Shown: positions 1-11,822 of the stretch, in pieces
Layout: each line of letters begins with the position of its first letter
How positions within the stretch are numbered: the stretch's first letter is position 1
NCBI GenBank assembly: GCA_963793425.1
Contig: CAWCAG010000005.1
Location: forward strand, 1,184,001-1,248,000
Direction of reading: 5' to 3'
DNA length: 64,000 nt
From: an uncultured cyanobacterium
GTDB lineage: Bacteria; Cyanobacteriota; Cyanobacteriia; Cyanobacteriales; CAWCAG01
Translations under genes and position numbers: made by a program
Notes under the pieces: model-generated
Database searches by the model: none
What the model saw: only the letters and a program-made list of their open reading frames with translations
What the model was told of the DNA's origin: nothing

Positions 1-364
1 AGGCGATTGACCAAGGAAATTCTCCTAGCCAGTGGGCTGCCATTCCTCCCCCTAAAAGAGTAATGAGAGTTCCCAAAGTAACTAGATTACGAAGGCTACT
101 AGATACTTTATTTAAAGCTCGTAATTCCAGGTTGAGTCCCCCTTCAAAGAGGATGACAGCAACAGAGAGAGCCACAATTACCTCTAAACCAACTCCTAAT
201 TCATGGGGGTGTAACACTCCTAAACCATCTGTCCCCAGCAAAATACCGAAAATCAGCAGGAAGACTATGCTAGGAACTCTGAGATATTCAGCTAAAACCT
301 GAGCGCTAATTCCTGCAACAACAGTAATTACTATTTGTAGGGTCAGTTCAAAGGATCCTTCCAT
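1..364 (-). CDS. cation:proton (Na+/H+) antiporter, CPA1 family, N-terminal part (runs off window)
   Basis: Manual translation from ATG at 364: MEGSFELTLQIVITVVAGISAQVLAEYLRVPSIVFLLIFGILLG...VAVILFEGGLNLE, a typical CPA1 N-terminus. Confidence 0.85.
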   Translation of the reverse strand, partial: MEGSFELTLQIVITVVAGISAQVLAEYLRVPSIVFLLIFGILLGTDGLGVLHPHELGVGLEVIVALSVAVILFEGGLNLELRALNKVSSSLRNLVTLGTLITLLGGGMAAHWLGEFPWSIA

Positions 365-800
365 AGGCTTAATTATCGCAGAGTATCTCTTTGGTTTATT
401 GCTCTCAATCTCGTAGCTCTAATGGGCTTAGAAGCAGAAAACAAATACCGATAAGACCTTAAATTTTTTTTTAAAATATGGATTAAATTTGGGAATTTGT
501 ATTCACCCCGCGTATTCTAACATCTCACTCCTGTCAAAAGGGGCAATAGTTTACACTAATAGTAGGTAGCATTATTAAAAAAGCCTTTTTCTACAAGGTT
601 CACAACTAAATATATTGATTTACCCACTACATAGCTCTTATACCTTTGAATATGTATATTAATAGTTGATAAATGCCATAAATATTATTTATTAATTCTC
701 ACTTTTAGGCTCAACAATTTTATCTAGGTAAAGAGCAGTCAATATTTACTTTAGTAATGAAGTAACAGCAACAAAAGCAATCTATAAGTTTTGTGGTAGT

Positions 801-2510
801 ATGGAACGCCAAATTTTTGTCGGAGATCGTCCAGAAAAAAATCTACGCAGCCGTGAATATTGGGTCGAATGGCTATGGATTTTGGGTCTGTTTTTAGCTG
901 CTTTGGTTTTGTTTGGAACTAACCTTAATAATTTGCCTTTACAAGATGGGGACGAAGGGATGATCGCCCAGGTAGCTAAAGAAATTCATTTGGCTCCCCA
1001 GGGAAGTCGGCAATGGTTATTTCCTACTCTGTGGAAGATACCTTATTTGCATAATCCTCCTCTGATTCAGAGTTTAATAGCTATTTTATACTCTTGGTTT
1101 GGTGTTGATGAATGGACGACACGCTTGCCTACAGCCTTACTAACAGCTATTTCTGTACCTTTTGTTTATAGCATCGGTAGGGAAATTTTCTCTAATCGCA
1201 TTCCAGGAATTTTTGCTGCTTTAATTTACTTAACTTTTTTGCCTGTAATCTGCTATGGTCGTTTAGCTATTTTGGAAGGGCCTTTACTATGTTTTGAAAC
1301 TCTGACAATTCTATGTATTTTGCGATCGCGGCGTGATCTGAGATGGACTTTATTAGCAGGAGTTGGTTTTGGTTTAATGTTTTTAGTCCAAAAAACAGAA
1401 GGGCTATTAATTGGAGCAATTATTCTGGTTTTTTTAGCTTGGGATACACCTAGACTATTAAGTTCTCTATACCTCTGGCTTGGTTTGCTTCTAGGAAGTA
1501 TGCCTCTGATTTTTTGGTATGTCGCTCAATCTTTACACTACGGGCTACCTTTGATTAGTAAAATAGCAATTGGTCAATATTTTCAAGCTACTTGGCAGAA
1601 TTTAGCTACTCATAACACCTACCCTTTATATCACTTAGGAGAAATACTCAAGTACTCTTGGCCATGGTTGTTTTTTTCGCTTTATGGATTGAAGCAAGCT
1701 TGGATAGATCGTACTTGGGGCTGGGCTAAGTTAGTTTTAGTTTGGACTATATTTTATTTTGTAGCAGCTTCTTTTTTCCTCAGCGCAACTCCTGGGAATA
1801 TTTTACCTATATACCCTTCCCTCGCTTTAGCTGGAGGCGCTCAGTTAGCCCAGATTTATACATTACCTAGTTTTTCTGTATATCCACGTTCTTGGACAGT
1901 TATCTTTGGCTTATTAGCTTTGTTGAGTGGATCAGCTTCTATTTATTTTGGTATTACCTATTCTGCTGACAGCTCTTTAGTAATTATTTTTGCTTCGTTA
2001 GCTCTTACTTTTGGTGTTGTCGCCATACTAATTGAGCGGCAGGATCGGCAATTTATGACAATGCTATTTTGGGGAATGTATATATCACTTTTATTGCTAG
2101 TCCTTTCTCCTCACTGGATTGGTCAGTTAAATAATATTTATCCTGTGGAGAAGCTTGCTAGGGTTATTAAGAGTTCTGTACCAACAAATCAACTCATTTA
2201 TACTTCTTCTGAGTTTAGTTCGGCTCTGAATTTTTATAGCGATCACCAAATTATTGCTCTGTCTCCATCTAAGCAGGATGAATTAAGAATCTCTTGGTTA
2301 GAAAGACACTGGAAAAAGGCACCAGAGTCTTCACCCCAAGAAATTAAACACTACTGGTTAAAACAGCATTGGAATTTAGAGCCTAAGCCTTACTTATTGC
2401 TTGATTACAAAACTTTTAAAGATTTGGCTTTATTAAATGTCAAAGAACTAGCAGATATTTCTCCTGAGTGGAAATTGCTCTCTAAAGATAGATTTAAGTT
2501 AGAAAACTAA
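801..2510 (+). CDS. ArnT/PMT-family (GT39/GT83) membrane glycosyltransferase
   Basis: DEG..AQVAKE, YLHNPPL and RLPTALL motifs; many TM helices. Confidence 0.85.
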   Translation: MERQIFVGDRPEKNLRSREYWVEWLWILGLFLAALVLFGTNLNNLPLQDGDEGMIAQVAKEIHLAPQGSRQWLFPTLWKIPYLHNPPLIQSLIAILYSWFGVDEWTTRLPTALLTAISVPFVYSIGREIFSNRIPGIFAALIYLTFLPVICYGRLAILEGPLLCFETLTILCILRSRRDLRWTLLAGVGFGLMFLVQKTEGLLIGAIILVFLAWDTPRLLSSLYLWLGLLLGSMPLIFWYVAQSLHYGLPLISKIAIGQYFQATWQNLATHNTYPLYHLGEILKYSWPWLFFSLYGLKQAWIDRTWGWAKLVLVWTIFYFVAASFFLSATPGNILPIYPSLALAGGAQLAQIYTLPSFSVYPRSWTVIFGLLALLSGSASIYFGITYSADSSLVIIFASLALTFGVVAILIERQDRQFMTMLFWGMYISLLLLVLSPHWIGQLNNIYPVEKLARVIKSSVPTNQLIYTSSEFSSALNFYSDHQIIALSPSKQDELRISWLERHWKKAPESSPQEIKHYWLKQHWNLEPKPYLLLDYKTFKDLALLNVKELADISPEWKLLSKDRFKLEN

Positions 2511-2541
2511 GCAAGCTTCTCTGGAGAAATATCAATAACCT

Positions 2542-2940
2542 TTAAGATTCTTCATCCATTTCTTCAGATTCATCTACTTGTTTGAGATGAATGTGTTTTC
2601 TACCTAAAGTAATTTCAAACTCATCTCCAGGTTTCAAGCCCATTTTCTTTGTGTAAGCAGAGCCAATTAGTAAATTATGATTAGACTGTACACTAATACG
2701 ATAGCTAGCAGAACGTCCTCCACGGCCATGGCCATTGGCGGTACTGTCTAATTCAATTCCCTCTGCATCAATTAGAGCATTGAGAAATTTCATCATGTTG
2801 ACACGCTCTACATCGTTTTTAGTTACTGTATAGTAACCACACTCTCTTGCTTTTTCTTCCTTACTAAGATTGCCTAGTTCTTTAACTTTCTTAATTAGGG
2901 CTTCACCTGTTAAAGGTTCGACTTTTTTCTTTTTAGCCAT
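2542..2940 (-). CDS. cyabrB2: cyanobacterial AbrB-like regulator, clade B (Sll0822-like)
   Basis: CGYYTVTKN..ERVNMMKFLNALIDAEG, GRSASYRISVQSN. Confidence 0.85.
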   Translation of the reverse strand: MAKKKKVEPLTGEALIKKVKELGNLSKEEKARECGYYTVTKNDVERVNMMKFLNALIDAEGIELDSTANGHGRGGRSASYRISVQSNHNLLIGSAYTKKMGLKPGDEFEITLGRKHIHLKQVDESEEMDEES

Positions 2941-3202
2941 CAACTTATATATATAACTAAAGACTTAACTACTAGATAGGTTTATTGTCTAGCTCTTTGA
3001 AAAGCAAAATCAACAAAATCCTAGTCTGTTATTAAGATATAAAACTATATTACACGCAGTAAGTCAATCTGATTATAAACTATCTGTCTGATAGCAAAAA
3101 TTTGCTATTTTTATGAACTAACACTTCTAGTGTTTTGAAGTTTCAAGACAACCATCATGAATAAGCACTCTATTTCCTTTAATTATTGATGTCAAAAAAA
3201 AG

Positions 3203-3646
3203 ATGAAGCTAACTACTCGTGGACACTATAGCGTTAAAGCTTTGCTGGATCTAAGTTTGCAACCTAATTATGGCCCTACTTCAGTAAAAGAAATTGCCTC
3301 TCGCCAAAATTTACCTGCTCCCTATTTAGAAAAATTATTGATTGAAATGCGTCGTGCTGGCTTGGTTAAATCAACACGAGGCTCTCAGGGTGGCTATCAA
3401 CTTGCAGATAGTCCAGGACAGATTTCTCTAGGACAAATTTTAACAGCAGTAGGAGAAACTATTGAACCATTACCTCACCATAATCTTGAGGCAGATCGAG
3501 TAGAAGATTGGGTAACTTTCAGCATCTGGCGACAATTACATCAAAGATTAAAACAGGCCCTCTATAGCATTACTCTAGCTGAACTTTACTATGATGCTAG
3601 GAGTTGGCAAGCTGCTCTTGGAGAAGAAACCAGCTTTGTTGTCTAG
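3203..3646 (+). CDS. Rrf2-family transcriptional regulator (no Fe-S cysteines)
   Basis: MKLTTRGHYSVKALLDL...YLEKLL...STRGSQGGYQL. Confidence 0.9.
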   Translation: MKLTTRGHYSVKALLDLSLQPNYGPTSVKEIASRQNLPAPYLEKLLIEMRRAGLVKSTRGSQGGYQLADSPGQISLGQILTAVGETIEPLPHHNLEADRVEDWVTFSIWRQLHQRLKQALYSITLAELYYDARSWQAALGEETSFVV

Positions 3647-3709
3647 ATGATAATTAAAGCTGGAAAAGCGATTAGATAATTAAAATTAAGTGTTATTTTT
3701 TTACCGATC

Positions 3710-4723
3710 TTGTCTGAGCTAATTGACGACGAATATAGACAGATTCTCGTTTTACTACTAGCTGCGACTATCGATTACTTGATTGGAGATCCAGGCTATT
3801 TACTTCACCCTGTACAAATGATGGGCTGGGTAATTGCAAATTTTCAGCAATTTATGATTAAATACTGGCGAAAACCTTGGCAACGGCGCATAGCCGGAAT
3901 TGGTTTAGGATTGGGTTTAATTGTTGGTAGTGGTTTGTTGGGCTGGTTGATAGTATTTAGCGCCACGAAAATTAATTCTTTTTTAGCTATTGTCTTAGAA
4001 ATTATTATTTTGGCAAGCTGTTTTGCTGGCCGCAGTTTACGCCAAGCAGCAGAAGAGGTTTTGCCATCTTTAGTAAAAAGAGATTTAGCAGCGGCCCGCA
4101 CAAAACTAAGCCAATATGTTGGTAGAGATACCGCCGAGCTTTCCCATTCAGAAATCTTGCGAGCTGTTTTAGAAACAGTAGCAGAAAACACTACAGATGG
4201 AGTCACGGCCCCTCTTTTTTATAGTATTTTGGGAACTTTTATACCGGGGATCGGTGCTGTCCCCCTCGCCCTTAGTTATAAAGCGGCTAGTACACTAGAT
4301 TCTATGATTGGCTACCGTCAAGAGCCTTTTACTGAGCTAGGTTGGTTTAGCGCCCAATTAGAAGATTATCTAACTTGGTTTCCCTGTCGTCTTACGGTTT
4401 TGAGTGTGGCAGTTTTAACGAATAAATATCAACAAGTTTGGTATCTTTGTCAGCGCGATGCTATTCAAGATCCTAGTCCTAACTCTGGTTGGAGTGAAAC
4501 TGCTTTTGCTGCAGCTTTGGGAGTTCAATTAGGAGGGACAAATTCCTACGGTGGAATTGTTAAAAATAAACCACTTTTAGGAGAACCTGTTGAGAAGATT
4601 ACCATAGACAAGGTCAACCAAGCTCTTGCTCTGACTCGTAATTGTTTTTTGCTTTGGTTGAGCATAGGTTTAGGTATTCATTTAGGTCTATTTCTTCTTT
4701 ACGAGCAGCCAATTTTCTTTTAA
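3710..4723 (+). CDS. cbiB: adenosylcobinamide-phosphate synthase CbiB/CobD
   Basis: GDP..LLHPV, VGRDT, AENTTDGVTAPLFY, TLDSMIGY, SPNSGWSE motifs. Confidence 0.95.
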   Translation: MSELIDDEYRQILVLLLAATIDYLIGDPGYLLHPVQMMGWVIANFQQFMIKYWRKPWQRRIAGIGLGLGLIVGSGLLGWLIVFSATKINSFLAIVLEIIILASCFAGRSLRQAAEEVLPSLVKRDLAAARTKLSQYVGRDTAELSHSEILRAVLETVAENTTDGVTAPLFYSILGTFIPGIGAVPLALSYKAASTLDSMIGYRQEPFTELGWFSAQLEDYLTWFPCRLTVLSVAVLTNKYQQVWYLCQRDAIQDPSPNSGWSETAFAAALGVQLGGTNSYGGIVKNKPLLGEPVEKITIDKVNQALALTRNCFLLWLSIGLGIHLGLFLLYEQPIFF

Positions 4724-4760
4724 TTTGAACAAGTAAACATTAAATTGCTGATTTGAGCTT

Positions 4761-5303
4761 ATGCCTGGTGAGGTTGTCGAAATTCTTTCAGCCCAAGAAA
4801 TGCGCCGTACTTTGACTCGCCTTGCTTGCCAAATTGTTGAAAAATCTGGCGACATTTCCCAACTAGCTTTTTTGGGTATTTATACAAGAGGAGCAATGCT
4901 AGCCAAGTTGCTCAGGCAGCAAATCGAAGTATTAGAACAAGTTCAAGTCCCTGTCGGCTCTCTGGATATTACTTTTTATCGAGACGATCTAGATGAAATT
5001 GGCATACGAACCCCTACTCAAAGTGAGATTCCTTTTGATCTGACAGGTAAAACTATAGTATTGGTAGATGATGTAATTTATAAAGGTCGTACTGCTCGTG
5101 CCGCTTTAAACGCTATTGCAGAGTACGGGCGACCAGAAACAATTTTATTCGCTGTATTGGTTGACAGAGGCCATCGTCAATTACCTATTCATCCTGATTT
5201 TACCGGTAAAAAATTACCTACAGCAAAGGATGAAAACATTAAAGTTTATCTTGAAAAAATTGATGGTCGAGATGCTGTTGAGTTGATTAGAGGGCAGGGT
5301 TAG
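4761..5303 (+). CDS. pyrR: PyrR pyrimidine regulator / uracil phosphoribosyltransferase
   Basis: [37 protein letters not shown]. Confidence 0.95.
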   Translation: MPGEVVEILSAQEMRRTLTRLACQIVEKSGDISQLAFLGIYTRGAMLAKLLRQQIEVLEQVQVPVGSLDITFYRDDLDEIGIRTPTQSEIPFDLTGKTIVLVDDVIYKGRTARAALNAIAEYGRPETILFAVLVDRGHRQLPIHPDFTGKKLPTAKDENIKVYLEKIDGRDAVELIRGQG

Positions 5304-6447
5304 TTAATCGTTTCCAAGTTAGAGAAGAAGAGTCTTTTTGCCAATGCCAACGTAATAATTGAGTAGCCGAAGTTCCTATTCCTAAACCTTTCCAGCCCAT
5401 AGCTTGTCGCGGAGATTCTGTGGCTAAGGCGATCCCAACTCCTAAATCACATATTTCCCACTCTACTAAGTTTTTGACTCCTTTGAGAAGAGATAAAGTA
5501 GTTCCTGATAAAGTACCATCAGCGAGTCTGGCTGTTCCTTGTTTAACTTCTATCTGACGGCTATCCCAAGGATAAATACCGTCGGGTAAACCTATGGGGG
5601 CGAGGGCATCACTAACTAAGAAAATGCCTTGGTGATAGTTTCCTGCTTTGAGTAATAACTTCATCATCGTCGGACAAATGTGCTGTCCATCAGCGATGAA
5701 ACCACACTTAACCTGGGGATTAACTAACGCTTCCCCCAATAAACCTGGTTGACGGTGGTGTAAGCTGGGCATGGCATTAAAAGCGTGAGTTACCATGGAA
5801 GCTCCTTGGTTAAAAGCTTCTTTTGCCTGGGAAGCTGTGGCTAGGGAATGACCAAGGCTAATGGTAATTTTTAATGAGTTTAAGTAAGGAATTATTTGAC
5901 CTGTGGAATCTAATTCTGGTGCTAAGGTGATAATTTTTACTATCTGCTTGTAGTCTCCCAAAATGCTTTTAACTTTATCTAAGGTTAAAGGTAAAAGATA
6001 TTCTTGGGGATGAGCGCCTCGCTTTTCTGGGTTTAAAAAAGGCCCTTCTAAATGAACACCGAGAATTTGGGCTGTTTGGCTTGGTTGAGAAGAAATATAA
6101 GCAGAAATTGTAGCTAGCGATCGCTTAATTTTTTCTGGGGAAGTTGTGACAATAGTTGGTAAATATCCATCTACTCCCTGATTCCATAAATATTTACTTA
6201 TTTTGGCTAATAAAGGAAGATGCTTTTTTTCCAGGTCAGGAAAAGCTAAACCCAAACATCCATTGATTTGTAAATCTATTCCTCCTAAAGAAAGCCAGTC
6301 TCCTTGAAAATCTAAAGTGTTTTCCGGCTTTTGTCCCTCTTTTGCTGGCACTATGGCTGTGATTACGCCTTCTTCTACCTGAATTTGTTGTAAATTTTGA
6401 TATCCTGACAATCGGGCATTAATGATCGCAAAACTATTCGGTATCAT
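5287..6447 (-). CDS. nagA: N-acetylglucosamine-6-phosphate deacetylase
   Basis: [39 protein letters not shown]. Confidence 0.95.
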   Translation of the reverse strand: MIPNSFAIINARLSGYQNLQQIQVEEGVITAIVPAKEGQKPENTLDFQGDWLSLGGIDLQINGCLGLAFPDLEKKHLPLLAKISKYLWNQGVDGYLPTIVTTSPEKIKRSLATISAYISSQPSQTAQILGVHLEGPFLNPEKRGAHPQEYLLPLTLDKVKSILGDYKQIVKIITLAPELDSTGQIIPYLNSLKITISLGHSLATASQAKEAFNQGASMVTHAFNAMPSLHHRQPGLLGEALVNPQVKCGFIADGQHICPTMMKLLLKAGNYHQGIFLVSDALAPIGLPDGIYPWDSRQIEVKQGTARLADGTLSGTTLSLLKGVKNLVEWEICDLGVGIALATESPRQAMGWKGLGIGTSATQLLRWHWQKDSSSLTWKRLTNPAL

Positions 6448-6465
6448 AACGAGAAAATTTGTTTA

Positions 6466-6993
6466 ATGGATAAAACTAAAGCATCAATCGCTATTATTAT
6501 GGGTAGCGATTCAGATTTACCTACCATGAAAGCGGCGATCGCAGTTTGTGAAGAATTTGCCATTGCCTATGAAGTAGCTATTGTTTCAGCCCATCGTACT
6601 CCTGAAAAGATGGTCAGCTATAGCCAAAATGCCCATACCAGAGGAATTAAAGTCATTATTGCCGGAGCAGGAGGAGCAGCCCATCTTCCTGGCATGGTAG
6701 CTTCTTTGACACCTCTTCCTGTGATTGGTGTACCTGTGGCAACTCGTCATCTCAATGGGGTTGATTCTTTATACTCGATTGTACAAATGCCGAGAGGCAT
6801 TCCTGTGGCAACAGTGGCTATTGGTAATGCTCAAAATGCCGGGTTGTTAGCCATACAAATCATTGCTGCTCAGCAGCCAAAGTTATTGGAAAAAGTGCAG
6901 CAATACCGCCAAAATTTACGAGATTCGGTATTGCACAAACAAGAAAAGCTCGAAGCAATGGGTTATCAAGAATATCTTGCTAGTCAAGAATAA
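6466..6993 (+). CDS. purE: N5-carboxyaminoimidazole ribonucleotide mutase
   Basis: [28 protein letters not shown]. Confidence 0.97.
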   Translation: MDKTKASIAIIMGSDSDLPTMKAAIAVCEEFAIAYEVAIVSAHRTPEKMVSYSQNAHTRGIKVIIAGAGGAAHLPGMVASLTPLPVIGVPVATRHLNGVDSLYSIVQMPRGIPVATVAIGNAQNAGLLAIQIIAAQQPKLLEKVQQYRQNLRDSVLHKQEKLEAMGYQEYLASQE

Positions 6994-7066
6994 TCTCAGG
7001 AAGACATTCAGCAATATTGTTCTGACAAAAGATAATAATCTCCTTAGCTAGATGACTAGTAACTCA

Positions 7067-7080
7067 GTAACAAATATCAC
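7067..7080. promoter_or_regulatory. possible NtcA site variant (GTA-N8-CAC)
   Basis: GTAACAAATATCAC in the amt upstream region. Confidence 0.35.
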
Positions 7081-7394
7081 GAAGCCAGCTAAATTTTCTC
7101 ATTTAAAATTCATTGAATTTATACTTTCTATCATTAATTAATTAAATTGATTAATATTTACAAAAGTGATTATTGTTACTTAACTTACATTAGTTACTGT
7201 TGCAAAATGAAAAACATAGCTTAATTTAGCATTCTTATTGCTCTGAGTAATGATGTTTTGGCTAAGAACCCCTATGTAAAAGTAGTTTCATATCTGTCCT
7301 GAAAATAGATATAAATATATGAATGTTCAAAAATTCTCACCTTAAGGATTAACCAAGTGTTTGTTGGGAAAATTTATCAGGATTTAGGTAAAAC

Positions 7395-7410
7395 TGTACC
7401 TTCTGATACA
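7395..7410 (+). promoter_or_regulatory. NtcA binding site upstream of amt
   Basis: TGTA-ccttctga-TACA, a perfect GTA-N8-TAC; amt1 is an established NtcA target. Confidence 0.75.
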
Positions 7411-7538
7411 GAAAACTATGTCGAAGAAGCCGAACATTTCTAAACTTACTAGAATAACCTAGCTCTATTACTTGCTTCAACTGAAAAGAATACTTAGGTA
7501 TTCAGCTATTACTCTCTTGACTCTTTCACAAAATATCT

Positions 7539-7552
7539 GTAGTTTTCTTTAC
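7539..7552 (+). promoter_or_regulatory. second NtcA site upstream of amt
   Basis: GTA-gttttctt-TAC; TAN3T (TAGGGT) 20 nt downstream. Confidence 0.5.
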
Positions 7553-7757
7553 GTAGGACAACTTGCTGCTTTTAGGGTAGAAAAAAATTTGGTGCTTGCC
7601 TCTGCTCAGAAGCTCTAAATAGTAACTGAGCTGTAAAAGGTTTAATCTAGCTCAGCTAACTTCAAGAGAAAATGTTCCTAACCTTTCAGGAGGTAGTCTA
7701 CCCATTTCAATCAAAAAATTTGCAGTTATGCTTCACTAACTCAGGAAAGTCCAGTTC

Positions 7758-9230
7758 ATGATGTCTAATCCAAGTCTTAAAAAGAAAAAACAGCGTCCCC
7801 CAAGTCTTTGGGATGCGCCCTATTTTGAGCCAATTAAAACTGTGGCTCGTCTGTTTTCCCCTTATTGGCTAGCTTGTATTCCTTTAGCAGCAATCATTGT
7901 TGTTGTCTGGAACACTTCTGCCTCCGCTCAGGGTCTTGATGCTCCTTCAACTCCTGAAGAAATGCAGGTCGTTCTCGACTCTATTTTCTTGCTATTTTGC
8001 TCAGTCCTCGTTATCTTCATGAACGCAGGATTCGGGATGCTAGAAACAGGATTCTGTCGTCAGAAAAACGCCGTTAATATTCTGACCAAAAACCTAATCG
8101 TTTTCGCCATTGCCACTATTGCTTACTGGGCCATTGGTTTCGGTTTGATGTATGGCGAAGGTAACGGTTTCATTGGTTTAGATGGCTTTTTCTTCAACGG
8201 CAAGGCTGCTGCTTATGGAGATGATCCCTACCCAGAAGCTGTACCTGTAGCTATTTCCTTTCTTTTCCAAGTAGCCTTTGCTGCCACCGCAGCAACCATT
8301 GTTTCCGGGGCTGTTGCTGAAAGGATCAAGTTTGATGCTTTCTTAATCTTCAGTTTCTTACTCGTAGCTGTTTCCTATCCCATTACTGGACATTGGTTAT
8401 GGGATGGTGGCTGGTTAGGAGAACTAGGTTTTGTTGACTTTGCTGGTTCAACCATCGTTCACTCTGTGGGGGGTTGGGCTGCTTTAGTAGGTGCTGCATT
8501 GTTAGGGCCTCGTCAAGGTAAATATGCCGCAGATGGTTCCATCCGAGCCATTCCTGGCCACAACATGAGTATTGCCACCCTTGGTTGCTTAATTCTCTGG
8601 ATTGGCTGGTTTGGTTTCAACCCTGGTTCAGAATTAGCTGCTACTGCCAATGTTCCTTATATTGCCGTTACCACCAACCTAGCTGCCGCAGCAGGGGGTT
8701 GTACTGCCACTGCCACTAGTTGGATTACCTCCGGCAAACCTGACCTCTCTATGGTTATCAACGGTATCTTAGCGGGCTTAGTTGGTATTACGGCTGGTTG
8801 TGCAAATGTCAACTATATCTCCGCGATTATTATCGGTGCTGTTGCTGGGGTTATTGTAGTTTTCTCTGTAGCTTTCTTCGACAAGATCAGAATTGATGAT
8901 CCTGTGGGTGCTACTTCTGTCCACCTTGTCTGTGGTATTTGGGGAACTTTAGCTGTCGGCATCTTTTCTCCCGACGCTAATATTATCAACCAAATCATCG
9001 GTATTCTCTCTGTCGGAGCCTTTACCGTAGCTTTCAGTGCCGTTGTTTGGTCTTTACTCAAAGTGACTATTGGTATCCGCGTGACTCCAGAAGAGGAGTT
9101 CGAGGGCTTAGACAAAGCTGAACATGGTATGGAAGCCTACGCTGGATTTGTTACTGAAGCTGACGCTTTTGGTGTCAGCCCCAGTACCATTAGCAGCGCA
9201 ACCGATGTTGCTCCACCATCAGAAATCTAA
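7758..9230 (+). CDS. amt: ammonium transporter (Amt1-like)
   Basis: [51 protein letters not shown]. Confidence 0.97.
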   Translation: MMSNPSLKKKKQRPPSLWDAPYFEPIKTVARLFSPYWLACIPLAAIIVVVWNTSASAQGLDAPSTPEEMQVVLDSIFLLFCSVLVIFMNAGFGMLETGFCRQKNAVNILTKNLIVFAIATIAYWAIGFGLMYGEGNGFIGLDGFFFNGKAAAYGDDPYPEAVPVAISFLFQVAFAATAATIVSGAVAERIKFDAFLIFSFLLVAVSYPITGHWLWDGGWLGELGFVDFAGSTIVHSVGGWAALVGAALLGPRQGKYAADGSIRAIPGHNMSIATLGCLILWIGWFGFNPGSELAATANVPYIAVTTNLAAAAGGCTATATSWITSGKPDLSMVINGILAGLVGITAGCANVNYISAIIIGAVAGVIVVFSVAFFDKIRIDDPVGATSVHLVCGIWGTLAVGIFSPDANIINQIIGILSVGAFTVAFSAVVWSLLKVTIGIRVTPEEEFEGLDKAEHGMEAYAGFVTEADAFGVSPSTISSATDVAPPSEI

Positions 9231-9268
9231 ACTTCACTAGTCTTAACTTACCCATTTAGTTAAGAAAA

Positions 9269-9320
9269 ACCCGTCTTTAAGCGAGAAAAATAAATTCTCG
9301 GTTGAAGGCGGGCATTTTTT
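9269..9320 (+). terminator. Rho-independent terminator of amt
   Basis: cccgtctttaa.cgaga...tctcg.ttgaaggcggg stem followed by a T tract. Confidence 0.7.
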
Positions 9321-9465
9321 GGTACAAAATTGTTAAGAACAATTCGTGTTTCTGCCATTCTGATAAAGTTACTGTTTGAGGCGCTTTTGATTAAAAAGCG
9401 GCTCCTCATCAATGTGTAACTTTTGAATATGTGACTTTTGACTTCCGCAAAGCGGCATTATTCTC

Positions 9466-10317
9466 TTGAAGCGCTCTCCTCGTTGGGCTTTTTTCTCCCT
9501 AGTTATTAACGGACTATTCATTCTTCTCCTCAGCTATATCTGGTGGGGGGACGAAGAAAGCAAGTTGCTTTCTGTGGCGAGATCAGACCTTTCAATCGAA
9601 AAAGATTCTTTTCCCGAAACCTCTTCTGGTGGTGAATTGGGGGAAAAACAAAAACTTACTTATCAGCAATGGGTTGATTTACTAAAACAAGAAGCCAAAG
9701 TTGCGGCGGAAAAACAACCGGAAAATCTTACTGTTCTTTTAGGAGATTCCATTAGTCTCTGGTTTCCTCCTGAATTATTACCTGAGAAAAGATATTGGCT
9801 CAATCAAGGTATTTCTGGGGAAGGCTCAGCCGGATTGCTTAGACGTTTAAAGCTGATAGACAAAACTAATCCCCAAGGTATTTTTATTATGATCGGTATC
9901 AACGATCTGATTCGGGGGGTGGAAGGAGAAACTGTTGTCGCGAATGTGGAGTTAATTGTTGAATATTTAAGGCGAAATCATCCCGAAAGTACGATCATTT
10001 TGCAATCTATTTTGCCCCATAGTGGTTCTCAATCAACTTGGGAAGGGCGAGAGCGTTTATTAGAACTTCCGAACCGAGATATTCGTGATATTAATCGTCG
10101 TCTGGAGAAAATTGCTGAACAAGAAGAAATTATTTATCTCGATCTCTACTCCCTTTTTGCTGATGATCAAGGTAATCTGAACACAGAGCTTACTACTGAT
10201 GGGTTGCACCTTAATCCCAAAGGTTATGAACTTTGGCGTATTGCCCTGCAAGTTTCTAGCCAGTTGGAAATTGGGGAAACAGGGAGCAGGGAGCAGGGAG
10301 TAGGGAGCAGAGAATAA
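9466..10317 (+). CDS. SGNH/GDSL hydrolase with N-terminal membrane anchor
   Basis: LGDSIS, NQGISG, MIGIND, DGLHLN blocks. Confidence 0.9.
   Translation: MKRSPRWAFFSLVINGLFILLLSYIWWGDEESKLLSVARSDLSIEKDSFPETSSGGELGEKQKLTYQQWVDLLKQEAKVAAEKQPENLTVLLGDSISLWFPPELLPEKRYWLNQGISGEGSAGLLRRLKLIDKTNPQGIFIMIGINDLIRGVEGETVVANVELIVEYLRRNHPESTIILQSILPHSGSQSTWEGRERLLELPNRDIRDINRRLEKIAEQEEIIYLDLYSLFADDQGNLNTELTTDGLHLNPKGYELWRIALQVSSQLEIGETGSREQGVGSRE
10279..10310 (+). repeat. STRR heptamer (AGGGAGC/T)n inside the SGNH 3' end
   Basis: agggagcagggagcagggagtagggagcag. Confidence 0.8.
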
Positions 10318-10496
10318 TGTCAGGCATCAATAATTTTAAAGACTTAAGAATTTGGCAAAAAGGCATGGATATAGCAGAGAAGTGTTATTTTTTGACTAAA
10401 CTATTTCCTCAAGACGAGTTGTACGGTATGGTTCAACAAATTAGGAGAGCTGCAGTATCTATCCCCGCCAACATAGCAAAAGGATATGGAAAATGA
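10317..10496 (+). pseudogene. truncated four-helix-bundle (23S rRNA IVP / Avd-like) protein, 59 aa
   Basis: [59 protein letters not shown]; only the N-terminal half of the family; overlaps the SGNH stop and the ispH start. Confidence 0.8.
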
Positions 10497-11728
10497 GCAA
10501 TCACCAAAATAAACTAGATACAAAAGCTTTTAAACGTTCTCTGGCTCACTCGAAAAACTACCACCGTAAAGGATTTGGTCATAGTCAGGAAGTTAACACG
10601 GTTTTAAATTCAGAATATCAAAGCAATCTGATTCAAGAAATTCGTGATAACAATTACCGCTTAAGCAAAGGAGATGTTACCATTCACCTCGCTGAAGCTT
10701 TCGGTTTTTGTTGGGGAGTTGAACGTGCTGTGGCGATGGCTTATGAGACTCGTCAGCATTTTCCCACAGAACGCATTTGGATTACTAATGAAATCATTCA
10801 TAATCCTTCTGTTAATCAGCGTTTGCGAGAGATGAATGTGGGTTTTATTGCTGTTACTGATGGCGATAAAGATTTTTCTGTGGTTGGTACAAAAGATGTG
10901 GTGATTTTACCTGCTTTTGGAGCTAGTGTTACAGAAATGCAGCTTCTCAATGACAAGGGTTGTACTATTGTCGATACCACTTGTCCTTGGGTATCTAAAG
11001 TTTGGAACTCTGTAGAAAAGCATAAGAAAAAAGATTTTACTTCGATTATTCATGGTAAATATGCCCATGAAGAAACCGTGGCTACAAGTTCTTTTGCTGA
11101 TAAGTATTTAGTTGTTCTTAATTTAGAGCAAGCAAATTATATAGCTGATTATATTTTGTCTGGGGGCGATTCCGAAGAATTTTTCGCTAAATTCAAAAAT
11201 GCTCATTCCGCTGATTTTGATCCTGATAGAGATTTAGACAAAATTGGCATTGCTAACCAAACTACCATGCTCAAAAGCGAAACCGAGCAAATCGGCAAAC
11301 TGTTTGAACGTACTATGCTCAAAAAATATGGCCCTGCTGAGTTCACTGAGCATTTTATGAGTTTTAATACCATTTGCGATGCGACCCAAGAAAGGCAAGA
11401 TGCCATGTTTGGGTTGGTAGAAGAAAAGCTCGATTTGATGTTAGTGATTGGCGGTTACAATTCTTCCAATACTACTCATTTACAAGAGATTGCTATTGAA
11501 GAACAAATTCCTTCTTATCATATTGATAGTGCAGAGCGTATCGGAGAAGGAAACAGAGTTGAACATAAACCTTTAGGTAAAGATTTGGAAGTTAAGGAAA
11601 ATTGGCTTCCGGAAGGGCCAATTAATGTTGGTCTAACTTCTGGGGCTTCTACCCCCGATAAGGTGGTAGAAGATGCTATTAAAAAAATATTTGAAATAAA
11701 GGCGATGGCAGTAGCTGCTAATAGCTAG
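10493..11728 (+). CDS. ispH: 4-hydroxy-3-methylbut-2-enyl diphosphate reductase
   Basis: [40 protein letters not shown]. Confidence 0.97.
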   Translation: MSNHQNKLDTKAFKRSLAHSKNYHRKGFGHSQEVNTVLNSEYQSNLIQEIRDNNYRLSKGDVTIHLAEAFGFCWGVERAVAMAYETRQHFPTERIWITNEIIHNPSVNQRLREMNVGFIAVTDGDKDFSVVGTKDVVILPAFGASVTEMQLLNDKGCTIVDTTCPWVSKVWNSVEKHKKKDFTSIIHGKYAHEETVATSSFADKYLVVLNLEQANYIADYILSGGDSEEFFAKFKNAHSADFDPDRDLDKIGIANQTTMLKSETEQIGKLFERTMLKKYGPAEFTEHFMSFNTICDATQERQDAMFGLVEEKLDLMLVIGGYNSSNTTHLQEIAIEEQIPSYHIDSAERIGEGNRVEHKPLGKDLEVKENWLPEGPINVGLTSGASTPDKVVEDAIKKIFEIKAMAVAANS

Positions 11729-11781
11729 TGGCTAGTGGTGACAGGAATAGGTAATAGGAATTCTAGCAATAGTTAGGTTCT

Positions 11782-11815
11782 TTACTTATTACTTGTTACT
11801 TATTACTTATTACTT
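11782..11815 (+). repeat. STRR (TTACTTA)n
   Basis: Tandem heptamers; they create the artefactual MLLITYYF start of the MBOAT ORF. Confidence 0.8.
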
Positions 11816-11822
11816 CTTCCCA

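Noticed and set aside
63..302. 79-aa plus-strand ORF
   Set aside because: Antisense shadow of the antiporter.
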